A stretch of 64,000 bases of DNA from the NCBI RefSeq assembly GCF_006345805.1, contig NC_043002.1, positions 19,592,001 to 19,656,000 of the forward strand, written 5' to 3'. How positions within the stretch are numbered: the first letter of the stretch is position 1; every line of letters starts with the position of its first letter. Positions 24,194 through 36,844 of the stretch are shown one piece after another. The DNA comes from Octopus sinensis (taxonomy: Eukaryota). Below the pieces are notes generated by a model. It worked only from the letters and a program-made list of their open reading frames with translations. It was not told where the DNA came from and searched no databases. Both the position numbers and the translations under genes were made by a program.

Positions 24194-26824
24194 TTCTAAA
24201 ATTCTGATAATAACAAAACAAAGAAAAATAATAATGATAGCTATTGGTTTCAAATTTTGGCACATGGCCAGCAATTCCATAGGAAGGGGTCAGTTAGTTT
24301 CATCAACCCCAGTGCTTGATTGGTACTTATTGTATCAACCGCTCGGTGGAGTTTCAACTCAGAATGCAAAGCTGGAAGAAATGCTGCTAAGCATTTTGTC
24401 TAGAGCAGTAACAATTCTGCTAGCTCGCTCCTTCTATCATCATCATCATCATTATTTAACGTCCGTTCTTCATGCTAGCATGGGTTGGACGGTTCGACCG
24501 GAGATCTGGGAAGCCAGAAGGCTGCACCAGGCTCCAGTCTGATCTGGCAGTGTTTCTACAGCTGAATGCCCTTCCTAACGCCAACCACTCAGTGAGTGTA
24601 GATATTAATTTCAAATTTTGGCACAAGGCCAGCAATTGCAAGAAAGGGAGTAAGTCAATTACATCGACCCAAGTGCTCAGCTGGCACTTATTTTATCGAC
24701 CCCCACCAAAAGGATGAAAGGTAAAATTGACATCAGCGCAGGCGTGTTGCTAGACTTTGGTACCTGGGGGTGCTTCAGAATATTCTGGGTAGGCACAAAT
24801 TTGTATTGCAGGAAGATTTTTGTAAATTGTATTTTCTAAATCTGAGGGTGCACCAATAGTGAGGGAGCAGTGCAGTCTAGTGCCCCCCCTCCCCCCACCT
24901 CCTTAGTGACAGGCATGCCTTGGTGGGATTTGAACTCAGAACATACAGATGGACGAAATGCCACTAAGAATTTGGCCCAGAGTGTTAATTAATGATTCTG
25001 TCAGTTTGTCACTTTAGTAGTGATAGATATTGAGAAATAAAATCTCAATGAAAATCTGAGCGGCTGATTAATCTGAATAGATTAACACAGATTAGGAGAC
25101 AAATCATGACTTATTTCAGATTATCAAACAGATCATGTACAACTATGACTACAAAAATTATTACTTAAATCTCTGTGGTTTATGCCTGATGATAAGAAAG
25201 ACACATTTTATGTTTAACCCATAAAACGCTGGGATTTGCACTTACATAGCATGGACTGCTGAGCACATTTTATGACAATGAGGCTACTATGCACACATAA
25301 AAAAGCAAAAAATAGTTAAAATATCTTCTTAGTATATAATGGTAGCAAGTTCTACATCATCTGAAAAGTCATTAGTTGAACAATTAGTCCTCTTGCATTC
25401 TGGGGCAGTGGGAGGGTACCAGAGCCTTCAAGTGACATTAGACCCCAACAAATGCCCATAAGTTAAATGCATCTATCTGAGCCATGATTGTGGCCTGTTG
25501 ACCTGTGCTTGACAGCCACGATCTTGGCCCATCATGCTTTATGTATTAACATATATCAGTAAAATAACGTTGGACTGAACCTGTGATTTCTAAGCAATCT
25601 TTAACTTGTAACATTTACTTCTTGTAACTCTTATCCTTTGTGATAAAGGCATAAACATCACAACCTCTTTTCTCCAGCATAAATTTGGAGGTTATGCAAT
25701 GAATACAGGTTTTCCTAATGAGTCCTATCTTCTATCTTTCACTTGTTTCAGCCACTGGACAGTGGCCATACTGGGGCACTACCTTGAAGGGTTTAATTGA
25801 ACAAACAAAGCCCAGTACTTATTTTGGGGGTACGTTATGGGGTAACAATTGAATAAATAAGCATTGCATTTGACAGAATAATCTTATCACAAAGAAGCAC
25901 ACTTGTTGGCTTGCACTTGAACAGGTTTCTGTTTAGCCCCAAGCTGACTATGACTGAGCAGATCTGTAATCGAAGGTATTCCAACCATGACCAACCCTGC
26001 TTTTTATTTCCAAGCAGAGTGTACTCCTGATTATATTATCCATCAAATTATTGTTTAAAACAATAGAGTGTGATTTAAAAGAGATTTGACTACTGTTTCT
26101 GGAAAGCCAGGCAACAATGAAGAGGCTCCATTGAACAGGTTGAGCAAGTACAAAGAATTTCTGTAATTAGCTTATGCAATCTCTTTAGAAAAATTGTTGC
26201 TGTTATAAAAGTTTCTCTGCTGACTCCTATAATAATTATTTGAGTGATAACGATGATGATGATGATGGTGATGGTAATGAGTGAGGTGTTCCAGCAGAAG
26301 TGACAGGGCACCAAGCTTGATATCTAACCTTATTCAATTTTTTTCTTTCTAAACCAACTTCATTCAAGAAATTTTAAATGATTACAACTCATTTGTTATT
26401 CTTTAATGGCTTAAGTTAGAGAAATAAGGACTACTCCCATAACCCTTTTCTGAGACAGGTGGAAGGAAGAGATGAAGTTATCCTTAGACCAAAAACATGG
26501 CCCAGATCCTAGCGATAGGGCGGTCCCTGTTAAAGACACCACATATGAAGTGTAGTGTTAAATCCGGCAATGGATTAAATCTACCACCCAAGACCAGCAA
26601 TGGCTCTGATGACTTCCACAGCTTTCATAGGGAAACTTTCACTCACATGCATGATTACACCAAGGCTCTCATAGATGATATGTGCGCAAACAAATTTCTC
26701 AACCACCTAGTCATGCCTTCATTTACAGCATAGGACTGAGTCAATCAGTTAAATGTGGTCTTCTGCCAAAATAGCAATTTAAATATATTTCAAAGAACAT
26801 GAGATGTTACATGTTATCTCTTAC

Positions 26825-27186
26825 CTAAAAGCTATGTCCACAAACTCAGAATTGTATGCTCTAACGCAAGCCACAGCTCCTTGTGGTTCAAAACGCGACA
26901 GGAGAAATGGGCGTGGGTGAAACATAGAAAGGAGACTGTGAAAAATAGCTTGGTTGTCTTTGAATAGAGATGGAAAATATCTGTTGCTGCTTGGCATCTG
27001 TCCAGTGATGTACTGGAATCTACTGCCCTCCCACAGTGTGTAGACTTTACCCACAGAGTTCATGAAATCTGGGTTGGTTGGCAGAAAAGGTTTGAAGTGT
27101 TTAGCAGAATATATCATGAGATTCTTCGCTGGTTTTTTCCATTCTTTGAGTCCAGAAAAACACTTCTGAGTTTCCATAATCTGTTC
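26825..27186 (-). CDS. SELENON: Selenoprotein N, coding exon 3
   Basis: Translates CFSGLKEW...HFKPFLP...SNRYFP...IFHSLLSMFHPRPFLLSRFEPQGAVACVRA, the hallmark SelN segment. Acceptor T-tract AG at 27187-27188, donor GTAAGA at 26824. 362 nt, phase 0/2. Confidence 0.96.
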
Positions 27187-28645
27187 CTAAATTAAAAAAA
27201 AAAAAAAGGGGAAATAATAATCATACTTTCAAATATTGACACAAAACAAGGCAGCAAGCTGGCAGAATTGTTAGCATGCTGGGAAAAACACTTAGCAGCA
27301 TTTCAGCTGTCCTAATATTCTGAGTTCAAATTCCCCCAGGGTCAAATTTGCCAGTTGTCTTTTCAGGGTTGGTAAAGTAAGTACAAGTTGAACACTGGGG
27401 TCGATTTAATTGACTCAGCTCCACCTCCAATCCTGCTGGCCTTGTGCCTAAATTTGAAACCGATATTGACACAAAACCATATATCTTTAACATAAGTGGT
27501 TTATAGCATTTAATTGATTCTTAGAACTTGAAAAATCAATAGGCAAAATTGTAATTATCTTTCGAATCACTACTTACAATTATTTATTTATCCCACATGT
27601 TAATTTGAATAAAAAGAAGCACTTAATTGAAGTTTCCATAATCAAAGGTATCATTTAATGAGTAATCAGCCCTATTCATTTTGGTGAGAGGGGATAGATG
27701 ACAATATCAACTACAATACTTAACTGGTTCTTTTGACAAGATTCATGTTACAATGAGTCAAGATATTTTAATCAATAATTATTCCATGTATGGGGAGAAG
27801 AAATAATCATAGCTTAATGATCAAGAAAGGTGGGGAAGATAATCCTGAAATGTTAACTGATTAAAAATAGAATGTAAGCAATGCAATGGAGAGCAAATCT
27901 AATCTTTGCCTTAGAATGGTAATTTGTTTTGGTTTTGTTAGATCACCTCAGAATTAGAATTAGCATAGGCAACTTCCAATGACTGACACCTATTTCTTTA
28001 CTACCCACAAGGGGCTAAACACAGAGAGGACAAACAAGGACAGACAAATGGATTAAGTCGATTATATCGACCCTAGTGCGTAACTGGTACTTATTTAATT
28101 GACCCCAAAAGGATGAAGGGCAAAGTCGACCTCGGCAGAATTTGAACTCAGAACATAGCAGCAGACAAAATACCTATTTCTTTATTACCCACAAGGGGCT
28201 AAACATAGAGGGGACAACCAAGGACAGACAAACGGATTAAGTCGATTATCAACCCCAGTGCGTAACTGGTACTTATTTAATCGACCCCGAAAGGAGGAAA
28301 GGTAAAGTCGACCTCGGCGGAATTCGAACTCAGAACGTAGCAGCAGACGAAATACCACTAAGCATTTCGCCCGGCGTGGTAACGTTTCTGCCAGCTCATC
28401 GCCAATAACAGAATGTGTGTATCTGTGTGTGGTGCATGTGAGAGAAAGAGAGAGTGAATGTATGTATGTGTAAAAGAATATTATGTATCATGTGTGTGTA
28501 ACTGGTTTACATGTAGAAAGAGTGTATCTAAGAACAACTAATTAAAAGGTGAGATAATTGTTTCAAAAACGTAAGCATTATTCAGATATTCAAGCCCCTC
28601 ATGCAATACCTGTATGCAGACATCTACAAACTGAAAGATACTTAC

Positions 28646-28756
28646 ACCTTCCTCAATAATCTTCTTCATGGTAGAAGGTGTAAGAGGAACAAAGCTGGCC
28701 TCCACCACTAATGCTTCATCATCAACATCAAACTGGAAATTATACTCGATTGGAAC
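28646..28756 (-). CDS. SELENON: Selenoprotein N, coding exon 2 (VPIEYNFQFDVDDEALVVEASFVPLTPSTMKKIIEEG)
   Basis: Not in the ORF track. Polypyrimidine acceptor ttccttctccAG at 28757-28758 and donor GTAAGT at 28645. 111 nt, phase 0/0. Resembles SELENON EETLTIEARFQPLLPETMTK. Confidence 0.9.
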
Positions 28757-29699
28757 CTGGAGAAGGAAACAGAGAAACAGAAACCAAAATCAAAGAGTGC
28801 AAGAATGTTGCATTAGCAACAGGGTAACTTGTGGTCAAACATGATAAGCCCCTGCACAGTATACAATTACAGAATATCAAGTTTATATGAGTAATTGGGG
28901 TTTTTTTTTATCTTTTACTTGTTTCAATCATTGGACCGCAGCCATGCTGGAGCATAGCCTTGAAAAGTTTACTCAAGCAAATCCACTCCAATTTTTATTT
29001 TCTTTTTGAGCCTGGTAACTACTCTATCAGTCTTTTTTATTGATCTACTAAGTTATGGGGATGTAAACAAACCAACAAAGGTCATCAAGTGGTGGTGGGG
29101 GCAATAACAAACACAAAGACACACACACATATATATATATATATAAGAATTTTTTGCATAGTGAGATAAAAAAAAACAAAGCTGTGTAGATATTAGAACG
29201 TTTATAGATAGGTCTTACAGCTGTTTCCAGGATATTTATTAATTATATCCCTTCATCGGAGATGGTAGGAGAGGATGGTTAAGTAATAATTAATTTAGAT
29301 AGGATGCAAAATAGAGAGTGAGGTGGAGGAATGAAAACAGATGTGAGATATGTAGGGATATGAATTTGTAGATCCATTTATTAGGCAGAATGGTATATAT
29401 GTAAGATTCCAATACCTTATGAGAAAAAATATATATATATAATGGGTTTCTTTCAGTTTCCATCTACCAAATTCATCACAAGGCTTTGGTTAGTGACAAG
29501 AAATAGGTTCTCTACAAAACTGTCAAGCACCAAAGACAGTAGGTAGGGAAAGGGGAAACACCAGCACCCTGGGCTAAAGATGGTCTTCACCCACATATGT
29601 TGTTGTTATCTGTTTGGTGGGATATGAAAGGTTTGGTCCTCTTTGAACTTTTAAACCCAAACCAAACAATAACAAAGGAGATCTACTGAAAGCAGCACT

Positions 29700-30100
29700 A
29701 GAAGAAAAATGACCATCATTGGTTTCAAGACGAAAGGTGTTCTTCCATCAGGATAATGCTCAGCTACATACAACGAGGATGACATTCTAAAGTCTGGAGT
29801 ACTTTGAATGGGAAACGATGCCCCACCCACAATATTCGCTGAACATTGCCCCATTCGATTATCATTTATTCTGCAGTCTTCAAAATCATTTGGACAGAAA
29901 ATATATGAATTCTGTAGACGAGGTCAGAACAGTACTGGAGGAGTAGTTTCCGTTATGTCCAAGTGAATTTTGGAAGAAGGGCCTTGCAAGTCTACTAGAT
30001 AGATGGAAGAGCATTGTAGAGAATGAAAGAGAGTATATTTTAGAGTTTGTTTATCTTAATTTTGAAAAAAAAACCACATTATTTATGGGATGGCCCAATA
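29700..30100 (+). pseudogene. Mariner transposase C-terminal remnant with 3' TIR
   Basis: RRKVFFHQDNAQLH and WETMPHPQYSLNIAPFDYHLFCSLQNHL...GLASLLDRWKSIVENEREYI (degenerate HDNARPH / PHPPYSPDLAPSDYHLF). Ends CATTATTTATGGGATGGCCCAATA. Confidence 0.8.
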
Positions 30101-31563
30101 CTTGTCACTATCTACAGTCTTTTAGTTGTTCTAGTCATTCAATTGTGACCAACCTCAGGTAGCATCTTGAAGGGCTTAGTCAAACAAACTGACTGCAGTA
30201 CTTATTTTGTTACAATAAATTTATTGTTTCTCCTGCCAATTTCATGCACATTGAAATATATACTTGTTCACAGATTGAGAGAAAAATAACACCAAAGATA
30301 TTTAAATAGCAACATTTAGAGATAGTCACAAAATCCATAGTTTGATGGTGTCATTTTTAATTAATGTAAAAAAATATGTTTTAAAGTATTTTAATCATTT
30401 CTCAACCCATAATCAAAACAATGAAAGCAGGATTAACCGGTTTCAATAGCCAGTTTCACATACCCACAGACTGATGTTGTTGTTGTTTAGTAAGCCTCTC
30501 CTTACCCCTATTCAGCCAATCAGATATCTAGGAGCACAGAAATAGTCAGTCAAACGCATATCATTATCATTTTACACCTGCTTCCTATACAAGCACGGAT
30601 TGAACAGGTAATCAGTCTATGGGAACCATTGCTCCAATAGACCGGTGCTCATACATGTCATTTTGGCTTAGTTTCTACAGCCAGATGCCCTTCCAATTGC
30701 CAAACATTTACAGGGTATATGAGGAGCATTTTCTCATGGTATCAACACTAGAGGAACACTTAAGGGACCTCACAGCCCTATGCTTTCTCTGCTCATTTGC
30801 AACCACTTTACAGTGAGTACTAAGTGCTCTTTTTATGGCACCAGCACTAGAGGGGTTGTCTCACTCTCCAATCACTGAGCAGGAAGCACAGTGTGGAAAA
30901 GTATGAGTTGTGGTACCAACACAGGAAGTGGAGAATACACAGTAATCTAAGACATGAAGACTGCAGAGGGGAGTAGGAGAGAGACAAAAGGAGAGGGTGA
31001 TGACAACAGAAAGGTCAGAGTAAGTGTAGTAAATAATGTTAAGTATATACATTTGTACAGGTGGACAAAAAGAATAGAAAAGAAGTAGTGACAGCAGAAG
31101 AACCAGAATGGATAAATGAAAGGAGTAAGAGTATGATGGAAGGGCATATATTATATATTCTTTTACTTGTTTCAGTCATTTGACAAATAGACAAATATAA
31201 GCCAATAAAAAGCACAAAAAGACTGTTAACTTCACTTTAACATTTATTATATGATGTCAAAATTCTTATCATACCAACTGTGACCCAGTCAATGACACAG
31301 TTCCAAACTATAAATGTTTAAGTGAAGTTGATAGTCTTTGTGTGTTTTTGAATGGCTAATATATTTTCCATGCTGTAATTGTTATTTCATCATCAGCATC
31401 ATTTAACGTCCGTTTTTCCATGCTGGCATGGGTTGAATGGTTCGACAGAAGTTCGCTAAGCAGAAGACTGCACCAGGATTCATTGTCTGTTTTAGCAGGG
31501 TTTTTACAGCTGGAGGCCTTTCCTAACACCAACTTATATATATATATATATATGTATATATAT

Positions 31564-33403
31564 AGTATCAAATTGTTGGATCAGGTGATGAAAGTTACGG
31601 AGAGGGTCATAGCCCAACTAATTAGGGAGAGAGTCTAGATGGGATGCAGTTTGGTTTTGTGACAGGGAGAAGCACCACTGATGCTATATTTCTAGTAAAG
31701 CAGCTGCAGGAGAAAGACATAGCTAAAGATAAACTTCTTTACTTGGCGTTTGTTGACTTGGAGAAAACCTTTGACAGAGTTCCCTGATCCCTTATCTGGT
31801 GGTCAATGTAGAAACTAAGGATAGACGAGTAGTTGGTGAGAGCTGTACAAGCCAAGTACAGGGACACTACAAGTAAGGTGAGGGTTGGCAATGAGTACAG
31901 TGAAGAATTCAGGTACATGTAGGGGTTCACCACGGATCAGTCCTTAGCTCCCTCTTGTTCATCATAGTCCTCCAGGCAATAAGAGAGGAATTTAAGACAG
32001 GCTACCCCCAAGAGCTCCTCTATGTGGATGACATTGTTCTTATAACTAAATCACTACCAGAACTAGAGAAGAAGTTCTAGGTATGGAAACAAGGTCTAGA
32101 ATTGAAGGGCCTAGCAAAAACCAAAGTCTTAGTAAGTAGGAAGGTAGACAAATCACAAATCCCTTCAGGTAGATGGCCCTGCTCAATCTATAGAAAAAGC
32201 ACAGGTAGAAACTCCATAAGATGTACCCAGTATAAGCTTTGGACACATAAAATGTGCAGCAATATCAGAGAAAGGTTAACAAGGGAAATAGCTTTTGTGT
32301 GTGGAAGATGCACAAGTACAATAAACAACGAAACTACAAAAAATAGACTCCAACAACTACCAGTTGGGTAATCTAGAGGTAGTAGATAACTTCCATTATG
32401 TAGGTGAGCAAGTTAATAGCAGAGGTGGATGCTCACAGAGAATAGCTGTGAAAATAAGAATAGGCTGGACAAAGTTCAGGAGCTCCCACTTCTGCTGACA
32501 ACAAAGGGCCTCTCCCTCAGAGTGAAAGGTAAATTGTATGATATCTGTGTGTGAACAGCTATGCTACATGGCAGTGATACATGGGCTGTGACAGCCAAGG
32601 ACATGCATAGGCTTGAAAGAAATGATGCCAGTATGCTTTGCTGGATGTGCAATGTCAGTGTGCATGTTCAACAGAGTATAAGCATCTTGAGAGAAAAGTT
32701 GGACATAAGAGGCATCAGATGTGGTGCACAAGAGAGACAACTGCACTGGTATGGTCATGTGATGCATATGGACAAGGACAGCTGTGTAAAGAAGTGCTGA
32801 TCTCTAACTGTGGAGGGAACCCATAGAGGTAGACCCAGGAAGACATGGGATGAAGTGGTGAAACATGATCTTCGAACTTCGGGCCTCACAGAGGCAATGA
32901 CTAATGACTGAGATCTTTGGTGATATGCTGTGCTTGAGAAGACCTGTCAAGCCAAGTGAAATCATAGTCATGGCTGATGCTGGTGTCATGTAACTGGTAC
33001 CTGTGCTGGTGGCTCATAAAAAGCATCTTTTGAGTGTTGGGTCTCACAGAGGCAAAGTAGCAGATGCTGGTGGCACATGAAAAACTCCTTTCAAGTGTTG
33101 TAACTTACAGAGGCAATGACCAAGACCTTTGGCATTCTGTTGTGCTTGAGAAGAAGACCCATCAAGCCAAGTGAAATTGCAGTCATGGCAGATACCAGTG
33201 TCACACAAATGGCACCCATGCTGGTGGCACGTAAAAGCACCCGTTACACTATCAGAATGGTTGGCATTAGGAAGGACATCCAGCTATAGAAACCATGCCA
33301 AATCAGACTGGAGTCTGGTGCTGCCCCTCAGCTTGCCAGCCCTGGTCAAATAGTCCAACCCATGCTAGCATGGACAATGGACACTAAATGATGATGATGA
33401 TGA
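31564..33403 (+). mobile_element. Degenerate RTE-type LINE (same family, multiple stops and frameshifts)
   Basis: IKLLDQVMKVTERVIAQLIRERV, LAKTKVLVSRKVDKSQIPSGRWPCSI and MLHGSDTWAVTA fragments. (GAT)n tail near 33390. Confidence 0.9.
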
Positions 33404-34374
33404 TATTTATATTACATATACATGCAGGTGGCATGTCCATGCAGGTGGCACATCCGTGCAGATAGCATGTAAAAAGCCGTACAGGTGGCACGTATAAAGC
33501 ACCCACTACACTCTCGGATTTGTTGGTGTTAGGAAGGGCATCAAGCTGCAGAAACTCTGCCGGATCAAGACTGGAGCCTGGTGCAGCCATCTGGTTGCCA
33601 GCCCTCAGTCAAAACCGTTCAACCCATGCTAGCATGGAAAACGGATGTTAAACAATGATGATGATGCACATATACACACACACATTCATACATAGACATG
33701 AATGTATATAAAGCATATGTACATATGTATACATGTGCATGTATTACAGACATGACTGTATTCAAGTTTGACTTTTTTTTATCAAGGATTTTTTATATTT
33801 ATTTATTTGTCCTTTATGTTCAGTTTGAAACAATGGTGTTCCTAAAATTTGTCTGTTTCAAGATTTTCATAATCCCACCAGTGTTAATGAACAAATGGAT
33901 TTAGAAGAAAATATTAAGCTAAAGTTTTATTTTTGTAAATTAGGCATGAGGCTATTCATATCCGCCTTTTTTTTTTACTTAATTCAAACTTTAGATGAAA
34001 AGATGAAGGTAAAGTCAAACTAGGCTGGATTTGAACTCAAAACGAAAGAGTCATAACTAAATATCACATGATCTAACAATTCTGCCATCTCATAATAATT
34101 CTAATAATTATCAGATTAAATAATGAGGTATTCAAATTTACAATAAACATTAACATATTTTGTTTGTTTCTGTTAGCATCAAATCAGCTGTGAATCGGTA
34201 GATCTACAATCAAGACATTCCAACCATGGCTACTTCATTTTCTTTTCAGTTGATAAAGTGTGATTTGAGGGAGAATTAGCTGCTATTAAAAACTCTCAGT
34301 TTCTTTTATTGGTGTGAGTATATTCAAGTAGAAATATATTCATACATTACAAGTGTATGTGTGCATGCACAGCA

Positions 34375-34412
<38 letters not shown>

Positions 34413-34792
34413 GCTTTTACACATGTTCCCAGCCACTCTCACCTATACAGAAAAAACAAAGAAATGCCCTACTTTCTTTTTAAAACAACTTGTTTTCCTT
34501 CTCAGCTACCTGAAACAGTTACTATTCATTATTAACAAGCAACACCAAAAATTACACACCCTCTATAATTTTCTTAAAACCTAAGGCAACTCCTAAATAT
34601 TTACACAATAGAATGAACAAAAGTCACATTTACAATATGACTTTTTCCCACTAAGTTATCATTACAAGAACAGAAACATTGTTTGGAACTGCAACAATGG
34701 ATTTCTACAAATGGTGGGGTAATAGTATTAAGATATTGTTGGCAGTAGCTGATAGAACCAGTAGACCTGGACAAAATGCCTTGTGGTGTTTC

Positions 34793-36396
34793 ATCATCAT
34801 CATCATCATCATCATCGTTTAGCGTCCGTTTTCCATGCTAGCATGGGTTGGACGGTTCAACTGGGGTCTGTGAAGCCAGAAGGCTTTATCAGGCCCAGTC
34901 AGATCTGGCAGTGTTTCTACGGCTGGATGCCCTTCCTAATGCCAACCACTCCGTAAGTGTAGTGGGTGCTTTTTACGTGTCACCCGCACAGGTGCCAGAC
35001 AGAGCTGGCAAACGGCCACGAACGGATGGTGCTTTTTATGTGCCACCGGCACGGGGGCCAGGTGAGGCTGGCAACGGACACGAACGGATGGTGCTTTTTA
35101 CGTGCCACCGGCATGAGGCCAGTCGGGGCGGTGCTCTTACATGCCACCGGCACTGGTAACACATCTGCAATTTCCATTGATCGATTTCGATTCTGATCCT
35201 CACTTGCCTCAACAGGTCTTCACAAGTAGAGTTTTGTGTCCCAAGAAGGGAAGGTATGCATACGTAGGCTGGCTCCATCCCATGTAGAAGGCCACAGGTT
35301 ATGGACTCACTTGTCCTGCCGGGTCTTCTCGCACACAGCACACTTCCAGAGGTCTCGGTCTCTAGTCATTTCCTCAGTGAGACCTAAAGTTTGAAGGTCG
35401 TGCTTCACCACCTCGTCCCAGATTTTCCTGGGTCTGCCTCTTCCGCAGGTTCCCTCAACCACTAGGGTGTGGCACTTTTTCACACAACTGTCTTCATCCA
35501 TTCTCGCCACATGACCATACCAGCGCAAACGTCTCTCTTGCACACCACAACTGATGCTTCTTAGGTCCAGCTTTTCTCTCAAGGTACTTACAATCTGCCA
35601 AGGGCATCCTGTCTTGAATTCCTCCGTTATTGCCTGGAGGACTATGATAAATAGGAGGGGGCTGAGGACTGAGCCTTGGTGGACCCCTACCTCTACCCGG
35701 AATTCTTCACTGTACTCGTTGCCAACCCTTACCTTACTAGCAGCGTCCCTATACATGGCCCGCACAGCTCTCACTAACCATTCATCTATCCCTAGTTTCC
35801 TCATTGACCACCAGATAAGGGATCGGGGGACCCTGTCGAAGGCTTTCTCCATGTCAACAAAAGCCAGGTACAGGGGCTTATCTTTGGCTAGGTATTTCTC
35901 CTGCAGCTGCCTTACCAGGAATATAGCATCAGTGGTACTTTTCCCTGGCACAAACCCAAACTGCATCTCATCTAAACTAACTCTCTCTCTAATTAGTTGG
36001 GCTATGACCCTCTCCGTAACCTTCATCACCTGATCCAACAGCTTGATACCTCTGTAGTTATTTGTATCTAGGGCGTCACCTTTACCTTTGTAGCAGTTGA
36101 CTATTATGCTGCTACACCAGTCATTGGGTATGACTCCTTTGTGTATCACCTGATTAACTATACGGGTGACTAGGCTATAGCCGACACTACCAGACATTTT
36201 GAGCATCTCTGCAGTGATTCCTGATGGGCCTGGGGCTTTCCCTGTCTTCATGCTTCTAATTGCCTTAGCTACCACGGAACTATCAACTCGGATAGCTGGT
36301 CCCTCTGTTGGGTCAACATTCGGCAGACTCTCTTTATCCCATTCATTTTCTTTATTCAGCAACCTTTCATAGTGGCGTTTCCAAACCTCTCTCTTT
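34793..36396 (-). mobile_element. RTE-type LINE, 5'-truncated with internal in-frame deletion
   Basis: 351-aa ORF (KAPGPSGITAEML, NYRGIKLLD, GFVPGKSTTDAIF, GVHQGSVLSPLLF) that lacks the YADD region. Same 3' UTR as the 20333-22010 copy. Confidence 0.93.
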
Positions 36397-36416
36397 GTTT
36401 AGTTACATCAATTTAA

Positions 36417-36844
36417 CCCTTTAGCATTCAGATGTAATGTTTATTTATTCACACTGTTTTGGATTAACCCTTTCGTTACCATATATATTTTGAGATGCTC
36501 TGTTTCTTTCAATTAATTTTAAATAAAACAAAGTATTTAGTAAAATAACTTAGTTATCATTCAGCTAGGGTTAAGAGCATAAATTGTGACTAAAGTTTGA
36601 TGGAAGATTTTAATTCAAAACTTATAAAAACAAAGCATTTGTACTAGAGCCAGAGGCAGTTCAGCCAGGTTGGTATTGAAAGGGTTAATCATGCATCATC
36701 TTGTAGCGTCAAGATTTTGATGATGTGGTTGTTTATTTTTACAATGACATTGTAGAGTAAGTGTGAGAAGCCTGATATGACCAGTTTGAACATAAAACAG
36801 GTAGAATATTTGGGATGGATATAACTGGTTTAAGTACTAAAGGG
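36417..36844. mobile_element. Nested piggyBac-like MITEs
   Basis: Inner element 36468-36684 is TTAA-CCCTTTCGTTACC...GGTATTGAAAGGG-TTAA. Outer element is TTAA-CCCTTTAGCA...TACTAAAGGG. An uninterrupted relative of the outer element is at 16562-16766. Confidence 0.75.
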
